Positions 17,672 through 25,667 of a stretch of DNA of 25,667 bases are shown piece after piece. Position 1 is the first letter of the stretch; every line of letters starts with the position of its first letter. The DNA comes from Deltaproteobacteria bacterium. GTDB lineage: Bacteria; Desulfobacterota; Dissulfuribacteria; Dissulfuribacterales; JALVPX01. The stretch is taken from positions 1 to 25,667 of the forward strand of contig JAMOVF010000147.1 in assembly GCA_027061625.1 (NCBI GenBank), read 5' to 3'. The position numbers and the translations under genes are program-made. The notes beneath the pieces are model-generated. The model did no database searches. It worked only from the letters and a program-made list of their open reading frames with translations, and had not been told where the DNA came from.

Positions 17672-19402
17672 TTACGTTATTTGTAATAATGAACAGGCAT
17701 TGCAGCGCCTGCATCTCCCTGTATCACAAGGTGCAGTGGAATTTTGCCTGGATGCCTTGCGCCATTCATGCAGCAAAAATTCCTTTTTGACAGGATGTCT
17801 TATAATTTCCCATGGCAACGATGCCGCCACTTGCCTGCCTTTTAAATATTTTTCGGCACTTAATCCAGTTTCCTTCAGCGCCCTGTTGAGTGAAAAACCA
17901 TGCAATGCAAGCAATTCTATAACTCTTGACAGCTGCTGGTCTCCCCTGCTCAACAATCCCTGCAATGCTGCTTCTCTATGGCTTGGAAGGGAAAACTTTA
18001 AATTAGGTATGGAAGAAAACAGCCTTTTCAACAGGCTGATCCGCTTTTTGATCTCTCTTTTAGCAATAAAATCACTCCATTGAAATGGAGTCCAAGGCTT
18101 AGGAATAAATTGATTAACCGATACTGAAAGAGTTCCTATGGAGCCCCTGCTCTTGGCATGATCGAGCATACAGGCGTGTATTTTTTTGACTAAGATTCCT
18201 ATTTGACTTACATCATCTTCTCTTTCAAAGGGTAGCCCTATCATGAAATAGAGTTTGAAGTTTGGAATACCAGAAGATGCTAGCCTTTCCACTCCTTCAA
18301 GAATTTCATCTTCACTCAAGTTTTTGTTGATTACATCTCTCATTTTCTGAGAACCTGCTTCAGGGGCAATGGTAGCTACCTTGGCGCCAGATTTTACCAT
18401 CAATTCTGCAAAAGAAGGGGTTATGAGATCTACACGCAAAGATGAAAATCCTAATTTTTTACCTTTTTTCAACAACAGGTCTGCCAACCTTTCAATATCA
18501 GGTCTGCTGCCATATTCAAGGCCTATCAAACCAATCTTTGATGCCTCGCCTGATTTTGATATTGCATTTTCCACAGCCTCAGAAGGCCAAACTCGGGGAG
18601 GGCGGTAAACAAAACCGGCAGCGCAAAAACGGCAGCCCATTCCACAGCCTCGGGTAAGCTCAATGAGAAAGGTGTTGGGAAAGACCGTGTTTTCGGTAAG
18701 TATGGCGCTGTGAGGGGCAGTATCAGGCGGTACAGTTAGTTTTGCCGGCGCTATTTGGGATGGAAAGATATCTTCCAAAGGTTCATGGCCTTTATAATAT
18801 TTACCTTTGTCATAAAGCACCTTATAGCCCCCTGGCACATAAACTCCAGAAACATTCGTGACAAGGCCTTTCAATTTTTCAGCTCTATTAGCTACCTGCT
18901 CAGTCAACAGGGGGAGCTGTTTAGTAAAAGAATGGACTATTGACTCAAATTCTCCAATCAAAAAGGCATCAATAAAGGGGGCCAAGGGTTCAGGATTGAT
19001 AAAAGTGGCAACTCCGCCTGCCAATATCAATGGTGCGTCATCTGAACGCTCATGTGCATAAAGGGGAATATTGGCTAAATGCAGAAATTTTGCACAATTT
19101 ATGTAGTCAGTCTCAAAACTTATCGTAAAAAGGATTATATCAAAGTCCTTGGCAGGCCTATTGCTTTCAAGCGACCTTAACTGTGAGGGGGAAACATGTC
19201 CCTTTGGAACGAAAAATCTCTCAGCAACTATCTCTTCTTTGGAATTAAGTAAAGAATATAGGGTGTGCATGCCCAAGTTGGACATGCCCACCTCATAACT
19301 GTTGGGAAATACTAAGGCGACCCTGAATCTCCCTGGCCACCTCTTTTTGATTGCCCCTTTCTCAGTCGTCTGAGTCTTGTTCCATTTTGGCGAGGTCTTC
19401 AA
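17672..19402 (-). CDS. Radical SAM protein of unknown function (TIGR03960-like, with N-terminal B12-binding-like domain)
   Basis: RVALVFPNSYEVGMSNLG, IELTRGCGMGCRFC (CxxxCxxC), APEAGS, KLYFMIGLPFE, FIPKPWTPFQW, C-terminal Cys cluster CDTGRCRRCNAC. TTG start overlaps the upstream gene by 41 bp, so the exact start is uncertain. Confidence 0.85.
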   Translation of the reverse strand: MKTSPKWNKTQTTEKGAIKKRWPGRFRVALVFPNSYEVGMSNLGMHTLYSLLNSKEEIVAERFFVPKGHVSPSQLRSLESNRPAKDFDIILFTISFETDYINCAKFLHLANIPLYAHERSDDAPLILAGGVATFINPEPLAPFIDAFLIGEFESIVHSFTKQLPLLTEQVANRAEKLKGLVTNVSGVYVPGGYKVLYDKGKYYKGHEPLEDIFPSQIAPAKLTVPPDTAPHSAILTENTVFPNTFLIELTRGCGMGCRFCAAGFVYRPPRVWPSEAVENAISKSGEASKIGLIGLEYGSRPDIERLADLLLKKGKKLGFSSLRVDLITPSFAELMVKSGAKVATIAPEAGSQKMRDVINKNLSEDEILEGVERLASSGIPNFKLYFMIGLPFEREDDVSQIGILVKKIHACMLDHAKSRGSIGTLSVSVNQFIPKPWTPFQWSDFIAKREIKKRISLLKRLFSSIPNLKFSLPSHREAALQGLLSRGDQQLSRVIELLALHGFSLNRALKETGLSAEKYLKGRQVAASLPWEIIRHPVKKEFLLHEWRKASRQNSTAPCDTGRCRRCNACSLLQIT

Positions 19403-21191
19403 AACGTATATCTATTCCAAGGACGCCAACAATCTCATCCTTTTCATTGAAAATAGGGCCTGAAACAGTAATACACAAGGCGTTTGTTATGCGCGACGTA
19501 TAGAAGTCTGACACATGGATTTTTCCATCTTTCATTGGGGCGATGAACCAAGGACGTTCAGAAAAGTCGTCATCAAGCTTGTAATTGGAATATTTAGGCC
19601 TGTCCTCCAGCCTAGTAACATTTTTGGTAATCTTTTCTCCATCAGCATTTACCACATAGAGGAATTGTATAAATGGATTATCTTCCAGCACTTTCTTGAG
19701 TACCGGCTCTATGCGCTCTGGGTCCATTGATTTGATTTCTTCGGTCTCAACAAGGTCTTCCACCAGGTGGTAGGCCAAGTCATATGCCTTCTGCTTCAGC
19801 TTCTCAAATCCAGAAGTGAAGAGCTCTGGCAAATATAGCCTGGTCAAGTGCTCCATCTCCTCATGGGAAATAGAGGTCACCCTGCCCTGCTCATACATTT
19901 CCATCACCTTTTTGTAGATCTTGACTATTCCCGGATGGCGTTTGCTGATCTTGTTTTCACCTGTAAGCTTGAGATGGGTGTTTACCCAATGTGCGATGCC
20001 TGCAGTTCCTGAAGTGCTGGATATAATAACAGATACAGGCCTTCCAAGAATTTTGTTGGTATCAAATATGTTATAGATTTCCTCATTTTTAAGCAGGCCG
20101 TCCGCATGGACTCCAGCACTGGTTGAGTTGAAGTCAGCCCCAACCAAAGGATAATTTTTGGGTATATGCACCCCAAGTTCTTTTTCAAAGTATCTTGCCA
20201 TTTCAGTAATGGCTTTAGTATTTACACCATCTGTAGTGCCGCGCAGGGCAGCCCTCTCTATTAAAAGCGCTTCAATAGGAGTATTGCCGGTCCTTTCACC
20301 AAAACCCAGAAGGGTTGCATTAATTGCATTACATCCATAGAGCCATGCAGTAGTAGCATTTATGACCACCTTGTGAAAATCATTATGGCCGTGCCATTCC
20401 AGCAGCTCACCAGGCACACCTGCTTCTTCAATAAAGGCGCGCACAAGTTTATCAACGGCCCTAGGAAGGGCTGCACCTGGATAGGTGACTCCGAAGCCCA
20501 TTGTGTCGCAAAGCCTGATCTTTATGTCTATTCCACTTTCTTCCCTAAGCTTCATAAGTTCAATTGCAAAGGGGATACAAAAACCATAAATGTCCGCCCT
20601 TGTAACATCTTCAAAATGGCACCTGGGCCTTATGCCAAGGGAAAGGGCCTCTTTTACAATGGCCAAATATGATTCAAGCGCCTGTGATCTGGTCTTTTTC
20701 AGTTTTAAATATATATGATAATCAGAAGCAGAGGTCAGGATGCCTGTCTCTGGCAAACCAGCCTCTTTCACCAATTTAAGATCCTCTGCCTTTGCCCTGA
20801 TCCAACCAGTAATTTCTGGATATGTGTAGCCTTTGGCACGGCACACATCCAACGCCTTTTTATCCTTATCAGTATAAAGAAAAAATTCAGATTGGCGAAT
20901 CACACCCTTGGGACCAGATAGCTCATGCAGAAAATCAAAGATTTTACTGATCTGCTCTACAGTATAGGGTGGCCTGGCCTGCTGGCCATCCCTGAAGGTG
21001 GTATCTGTAACGAGCATATCTTTACAAGGGGTGGGTGCCACATACTTGTAATCAAAGTCTATTTTAGGCACCTCTGTATAAGGGTAAATATTTCTCATCA
21101 AGTTGGGTTCTTTAGGATCCCTGAGCTTATACTTCCAATGGTCTGAGTGCGTGTGATCCAGCAAACCTTTATTAGGATTCCATTTGGCCAT
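19362..21191 (-). CDS. Probable Re-citrate synthase (HMGL-like/DRE-TIM family) fused to a C-terminal Cache/PDC-like domain
   Basis: TDTTFRDGQQARPPY, SEFFLY, SDYHIYLKL, RPRCHFEDVTRAD, EWHGHNDF, GERTGN, GVHADGLLKNEEIYNIFDT..ILGRP match my recollection of clostridial Re-citrate synthase. The last ~140 aa contain RPWF...FYTS...CITVSGPI...GVLGIDI. TAAGGAG RBS overlaps the aspS stop. Confidence 0.85.
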   Translation of the reverse strand: MAKWNPNKGLLDHTHSDHWKYKLRDPKEPNLMRNIYPYTEVPKIDFDYKYVAPTPCKDMLVTDTTFRDGQQARPPYTVEQISKIFDFLHELSGPKGVIRQSEFFLYTDKDKKALDVCRAKGYTYPEITGWIRAKAEDLKLVKEAGLPETGILTSASDYHIYLKLKKTRSQALESYLAIVKEALSLGIRPRCHFEDVTRADIYGFCIPFAIELMKLREESGIDIKIRLCDTMGFGVTYPGAALPRAVDKLVRAFIEEAGVPGELLEWHGHNDFHKVVINATTAWLYGCNAINATLLGFGERTGNTPIEALLIERAALRGTTDGVNTKAITEMARYFEKELGVHIPKNYPLVGADFNSTSAGVHADGLLKNEEIYNIFDTNKILGRPVSVIISSTSGTAGIAHWVNTHLKLTGENKISKRHPGIVKIYKKVMEMYEQGRVTSISHEEMEHLTRLYLPELFTSGFEKLKQKAYDLAYHLVEDLVETEEIKSMDPERIEPVLKKVLEDNPFIQFLYVVNADGEKITKNVTRLEDRPKYSNYKLDDDFSERPWFIAPMKDGKIHVSDFYTSRITNALCITVSGPIFNEKDEIVGVLGIDIRFEDLAKMEQDSDD

Positions 21192-21200
21192 AACTTCTCC

Positions 21201-22991
21201 TTAATCTTTGCTCTTCCAGTTGGGTTTCAAATATAATTCAGCCAATTGAGTCATATCGACTCTGGCTGGAGCTTTGGTAAGAAGGCATTGGGCCTTCTGA
21301 GTCTTGGGGAAGGCGATGACATCCCTAATGCTTTCCCGGCCTGACATCAACATCACCAGCCTGTCAAGCCCAAAGGCTATTCCGCCATGGGGCGGAGCTC
21401 CATAGGAAAGAGCATCCAGCAAAAAACCAAATTTTTCAACGGCCTCTTCATCTGGGATTGAAAGGGCCTTAAAGACCTGTTTCTGCACCTCTGGCTGGTG
21501 AATACGGATGCTGCCGCCTCCGATTTCAATCCCATTAAGCACAATATCATAGGCCCTGGATCTTACTTTATCCGGAGCCGTTTCTAAAAGATCTGTGTCA
21601 GATTCTTTAGGTGCAGTAAATGGATGATGAAGGGCTACATATCTGCCTTCTTCTTCATCATACTCCATAAGAGGGAAATCTGTAACCCATACAAAGTCAA
21701 AAATTGATTCATCAATCAGGTTAAACCGCTTGGCAAGGTCAATTCGTAGCTCTCCCAAGACCTTATAAACAACCTTGGCCTGATCCGCTCCAAAAAATAA
21801 TATATCGCCAGGGTTCGCTCCAAGGCGCTTCTCAATATCTTTTTTCTCATCTTCAGAAAAAAACTTGGCAATGGGTGACTGCCACTCTCCATCTTCTTTT
21901 ATCTTCACCCATGCCAGGCCTTTAGCTCCAAGGCCTATAGCAAAATTGGTAAGGTCATCAAGGTCTTTTCTTGAAAGAGTAGCCATTCCTTGGCCGCAAA
22001 TCGCCTTGACCACGCCGCCTGATTTGGCAACGCTTTGAAATACCTTCAATGAACAGCCTGCTGCTATATCTGTAATATCTTTAAGCTCTAGGCCAAAACG
22101 CATGTCTGGCCTGTCAGTCCCGAACCTTTCCATGGCCTCATGATAGCTGAGGCGCTTAAAAGGTACTTCCAGCTCTTTGTCCAGGGTCTTCTTGAATATC
22201 CATTTTATGAGCCCTTCCACTATCTCAATTATATCATTCTCTTCAATAAAGGAGAGCTCCATATCGAGCTGGGTGAACTCAGGCTGCCTGTCTGCACGCA
22301 GATCTTCATCCCTGAAGCAGCGTACAATCTGATAATAGCGCTCAAGCCCTGATATCATCAAAACTTGTTTGTACAACTGCGGAGACTGAGGCAATGCATA
22401 AAATTTGCCTGGGTTTACCCTGCTCGGAACAAGGTAATCCCTGGCCCCCTCTGGGGTACTGCGGGTGAGCATAGGGGTCTCTATCTCCAGAAAATCTTCT
22501 TTGTTGAGATAGGCCCGAATCTCCTGGCACACATTGTGACGCAGTATAAGAGCTTCTGTCATCCATGGACGCCGCAGATCCATATAGCGGTATTTAAGGC
22601 GCAAGGATTCATCCACCTCTTTTTCTTCATCCAGTGGAAAAGGAGGCGTCTGGGATTTATTTAAAATCCTCAATTCATTTACAGCCACCTCTATCATACC
22701 AGTCTTCAACTTGGGGTTTTCCATACCCTCTGGCCGCCTTCGCACCTTGCCGCGAACGGCTATGCAATATTCACTTCTCAACTTGTGGGCCTTTTCATGG
22801 GCCTGAGGTTCAATTGAGGGGTCAAACACCACCTGGGTTATTCCTGTCCTGTCCCGAAGATCAACGAAGATCACGCCTCCGTGATCCCGTCTGCGGAGAA
22901 CCCAGCCCATCAACACTACTTCTTGGTCTAATGCTGTTTCAGTCAGGCTGTTGCAGTCATGGGTGCGTTTCAGGCCCTTTATTGTATCCAT
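21201..22991 (-). CDS. aspS: Aspartate-tRNA ligase, probably non-discriminating (Asp/Asn)
   Basis: [76 protein letters not shown]. Confidence 0.98.
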   Translation of the reverse strand: MDTIKGLKRTHDCNSLTETALDQEVVLMGWVLRRRDHGGVIFVDLRDRTGITQVVFDPSIEPQAHEKAHKLRSEYCIAVRGKVRRRPEGMENPKLKTGMIEVAVNELRILNKSQTPPFPLDEEKEVDESLRLKYRYMDLRRPWMTEALILRHNVCQEIRAYLNKEDFLEIETPMLTRSTPEGARDYLVPSRVNPGKFYALPQSPQLYKQVLMISGLERYYQIVRCFRDEDLRADRQPEFTQLDMELSFIEENDIIEIVEGLIKWIFKKTLDKELEVPFKRLSYHEAMERFGTDRPDMRFGLELKDITDIAAGCSLKVFQSVAKSGGVVKAICGQGMATLSRKDLDDLTNFAIGLGAKGLAWVKIKEDGEWQSPIAKFFSEDEKKDIEKRLGANPGDILFFGADQAKVVYKVLGELRIDLAKRFNLIDESIFDFVWVTDFPLMEYDEEEGRYVALHHPFTAPKESDTDLLETAPDKVRSRAYDIVLNGIEIGGGSIRIHQPEVQKQVFKALSIPDEEAVEKFGFLLDALSYGAPPHGGIAFGLDRLVMLMSGRESIRDVIAFPKTQKAQCLLTKAPARVDMTQLAELYLKPNWKSKD

Positions 22992-23020
22992 AATTGTGTT
23001 ACCTCTCTTTCAAAACCCTT

Positions 23021-24295
23021 TTATTCCTGGGTCTCTTCGGTTTCGCTGCAAATCGCTTTAATCACTGATGCTGTAACTTCATCCAGGGAAATGGCCTGCT
23101 GCTGGCTCGTTTCCATATTTTTCAAAATAGCTTCTTCTTCTTCAAGCTCTTTTTCTCCGACAATCAAGACATAACGGGCCTTAAGCCTATCTGCCTGTTT
23201 TAGTTGGGCCTTTAAGCTTTTGTCTTCATATGATATCTGAACGCTTATATTGTTGTCTCTAAACTCTTTGAGCCACTCAACGGCCTCTTCCCTGGCTTCA
23301 CGCCCCAAGGCAGCAATAAAGAGCTGCAGCCTGTCAGAATAATCATCTTTATCCAGCAGAAGCAACAGACGCTCCATACCCACGGCCATGCCTACACCCG
23401 GCAGGTCCGGGCCGCCAAGCACCTTGGACAAACCATCATATCTGCCGCCAGCTGCTACTGTATTCTGGGCCCCCAACCCTTGAGCAATAATCTCAAAAGT
23501 GGTTCTCACATAATAATCTAACCCCCTAACTAAATAGGGGTTGATGACAAATGGTATTTCAAAAATTTCAAGAAAATCCAAAACTTCTCCCAGGTGTTTG
23601 GAACACTCTGGACACCAGTAATGTTTAATTAAAGGTGCAAGTTTCAAAATGGATCTGCACTTTTCCTGCTTGCAATCAAATATCCTCAAGGGATTGGTCT
23701 TGCTGCGCCGTATGCAATCCTCACACAGCTCTTTGGCTTGATTTTCTAGGAATAGATTTAGTGCTTCCCTATGCAGCGGCCTGCAATCTGGACAACCAAG
23801 TGAATTTATTTCAACACGCAATTCTGCGCTGGTGCAGCGGGTAAGAATATCCCATGCCATCCCTATTATTTCAGCATCTGCCAAAGGAGATTGAGAGCCT
23901 ATAAGCTCGCTGTTTATTTGATTGAACTGCCTAAGGCGGCCTTTCTGCGGCCGCTCATAGCGGAACATCGGACCAATGGTGAAAAGCTTGAGATCCCTAC
24001 CCTGCGAATAGAGTTTATGCTCAAGGACAGCCCGCATGATACCTGCAGTTGCCTCGGGCCGCAGAGTAACCGAGTCGCCTCTGCGGTCTTTGAATGTGTA
24101 CATCTCCTTTTCCACAATATCTGTGTGGTCACCAATACCGCGGGCAAAGAGTTCGGTCTTTTCCAATAATGGCAGGCGTATTTCATTAAAGCCGAAATTT
24201 TTAAAGACCTGACGCGCCTGCTCTTCCATAAATCTGTATTTCTCAGATTCACCAGGCAAAATATCCTTAAAGCCTCTTAGGGCCTTTATAGCCAA
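23021..24295 (-). CDS. hisS: Histidine-tRNA ligase
   Basis: LRGFKDILP, LRPEATAG, FRYERPQKGRLRQF, LVRGLDYY, GGRYDGL; TTG start after GGAGGAG. Confidence 0.98.
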   Translation of the reverse strand: MAIKALRGFKDILPGESEKYRFMEEQARQVFKNFGFNEIRLPLLEKTELFARGIGDHTDIVEKEMYTFKDRRGDSVTLRPEATAGIMRAVLEHKLYSQGRDLKLFTIGPMFRYERPQKGRLRQFNQINSELIGSQSPLADAEIIGMAWDILTRCTSAELRVEINSLGCPDCRPLHREALNLFLENQAKELCEDCIRRSKTNPLRIFDCKQEKCRSILKLAPLIKHYWCPECSKHLGEVLDFLEIFEIPFVINPYLVRGLDYYVRTTFEIIAQGLGAQNTVAAGGRYDGLSKVLGGPDLPGVGMAVGMERLLLLLDKDDYSDRLQLFIAALGREAREEAVEWLKEFRDNNISVQISYEDKSLKAQLKQADRLKARYVLIVGEKELEEEEAILKNMETSQQQAISLDEVTASVIKAICSETEETQE

Positions 24296-24382
24296 AACTC
24301 CTCCTCCGCCCAGGAAAACTATTTAAAGCTGCTTAGACTGGGCGTTTTGTATCTAATTTTGCATTTTTTGTAACGGTGCTCT

Positions 24383-24411
24383 TTTTTAATAGACTTGTTT
24401 AATCATATCAA
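24383..24411 (-). promoter_or_regulatory. Possible sigma70 promoter for the hisS-aspS unit
   Basis: Minus strand TTGATA-N17-TAAAAA; weak -10 in an AT-rich region, so chance matching is plausible. Confidence 0.25.
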
Positions 24412-24456
24412 CTGCCAAAACTTGCTCTGCTGTTTATTTTAGCGCATCGGAATGAA

Positions 24457-25667
24457 TCAAGTGGTAAGTAGCCTGTACATCTCAGGCAGCCTTTTATGCA
24501 GGAAACCAACATCCTTTACCAAGGTATAGTTCACCTCTCCATACATACGGGGCAGATAATCCCTTGCTTCCTTGTCAATAGTAATGCAAAAGGGTCTTAT
24601 ACCGCTGTTTTTTGCCTCTATCAATGCCGCTCTTGTGTCTTCAATGGCATAAGGCCCCTTATATTCATCATAATCTTCTGGCTTGCCATCTGTGAGGGTG
24701 ATCAATAGCTTCAGCTTTGCCTCAACATCACTAAATTTAAATATTGTGTGTCTTATGGCAGGCCCCATTCTTGTGTAATCTTTTGGGGCAATTCCTGTAA
24801 TCCGTTCTTTGACATCTTTTGTATAACCCTCATGAAAATCCTTTATCATATAAAATTGACAGCTTGTCCTCCGCATTCCTGAAAAACCAAATATGGCATA
24901 TCTGTCGCCTAACACCTCCAGGGACTCGCATAAGAGCACCAGGGATTCCTTTATGGCCCTATTCGTCCACCCCTCTGTGCTGGCAGACATATCTACAAGA
25001 AAGGCAACTGCAATATTCCTGTCAGATTTATAGTGGCGCACAAACAAGTTTTCTTTTGGTGTAGTGCCTGCTATCAAGTCTGTATAAGCCTCAACAGCTG
25101 CTTCGATATCTATATCATCCCCCTCTTTTTGCCTTTTCAATATTTTGTTGTCCTGCCTTAGGGCCTCAAACTGCCGTTTCAACATAAGGATCTGGCCTCT
25201 GTACTGTGCCAAAGTATTCTCTATAAAGTCACCAGATGCAGGGGTAGAAAGCTGTTCTTTAAGGGAGCACCAACTCTTTCTATAGGCCTGACGCCGGAAA
25301 TCCCATTCATCATAAACAAAACTTCCTTTAACAGGAGCACCTGGTTCCTCAGGCCTGGTCTCCAGAGGAGAGTAACTTCCAGAGGCAAGATCCGCAGCCC
25401 CTGAAACATATGAAGCTGGCAGTTCACCCATGTCTGCCTCGATCTCTCTTAAAAGTGTTTTACATTCTTCCTGAAGCTCCATTCCTTGGCCTTTAAGTTT
25501 TGTTGACTCTGTCTGCTCTATGCCAGACTTCTCCGCTGTTTTGGCCTTAGGAGCAATCAGCATAGCTATGGCTTCTTGTACATCTGGAGTGGAACATGTC
25601 AGACAATTAGATTCTTCCAAGGCCTCCTTTTGTTCGTGAGTCAAGGAATCTATTTTATGATCTATCA
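24457..25667 (-). CDS. NorD/CbbO-type von Willebrand factor A domain protein (5' end outside the window)
   Basis: YDEWDFRRQAY, RQKEGDDIDIEA, MIDAS LVDMSAST, YTRMGPAIRH, LTDGKPEDYD, FCITID. The frame stays open from the track's TTG at 25644 to the window edge (IDHKIDSLTH), so the gene is partial. Confidence 0.85.
   Translation of the reverse strand, partial: IDHKIDSLTHEQKEALEESNCLTCSTPDVQEAIAMLIAPKAKTAEKSGIEQTESTKLKGQGMELQEECKTLLREIEADMGELPASYVSGAADLASGSYSPLETRPEEPGAPVKGSFVYDEWDFRRQAYRKSWCSLKEQLSTPASGDFIENTLAQYRGQILMLKRQFEALRQDNKILKRQKEGDDIDIEAAVEAYTDLIAGTTPKENLFVRHYKSDRNIAVAFLVDMSASTEGWTNRAIKESLVLLCESLEVLGDRYAIFGFSGMRRTSCQFYMIKDFHEGYTKDVKERITGIAPKDYTRMGPAIRHTIFKFSDVEAKLKLLITLTDGKPEDYDEYKGPYAIEDTRAALIEAKNSGIRPFCITIDKEARDYLPRMYGEVNYTLVKDVGFLHKRLPEMYRLLTT

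Noticed and set aside
19362-21191. Calling the DRE-TIM enzyme leuA, nifV or cimA
   Set aside because: No LeuA regulatory domain, no leu or nif context, and motifs fit Re-citrate synthase better; the assignment still needs a phylogeny or assay.
24403-24418. TTGGCAG... sigma54-like element upstream of hisS
   Set aside because: The -12 position reads GA instead of GC.

Overview
Compact, almost entirely coding chromosomal region with no tRNA, rRNA, CRISPR array or mobile element that I can support. Gene content (triheme c7-type cytochrome, Re-citrate synthase, non-discriminating AspRS, sigma54 promoter at lpxC, lipid A pathway) suggests an anaerobic Gram-negative bacterium of the Desulfobacterota/deltaproteobacterial type (inference). 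Left, minus strand: rnc-era, then lpxC and a triheme cytochrome c, a terminator, then bioC-bioD-bioA-bioB (bioB runs off the left edge and is absent from the ORF track). Middle, plus strand: ilvD with a DsrE-like gene, then hisB-lipoprotein-RNB ribonuclease-DUF2760-atypical Hsp70. Right, minus strand: a NorD/CbbO-type vWA gene (open to the right edge), hisS-aspS-Re-citrate synthase/Cache fusion-radical SAM-FapA(DUF342), then a ferredoxin. Best leads: (1) a membrane-anchored DUF2760 protein with GrpE-like motifs coupled to a lidless Hsp70; (2) a Re-citrate synthase carrying a cytoplasmic Cache domain with most of the amino-acid-binding motif; (3) a complete sigma54 enhancer architecture (-24/-12, IHF site, tandem palindromes) and a structured leader upstream of lpxC and the cytochrome. 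All calls come from motif recognition by eye; no database search was run.
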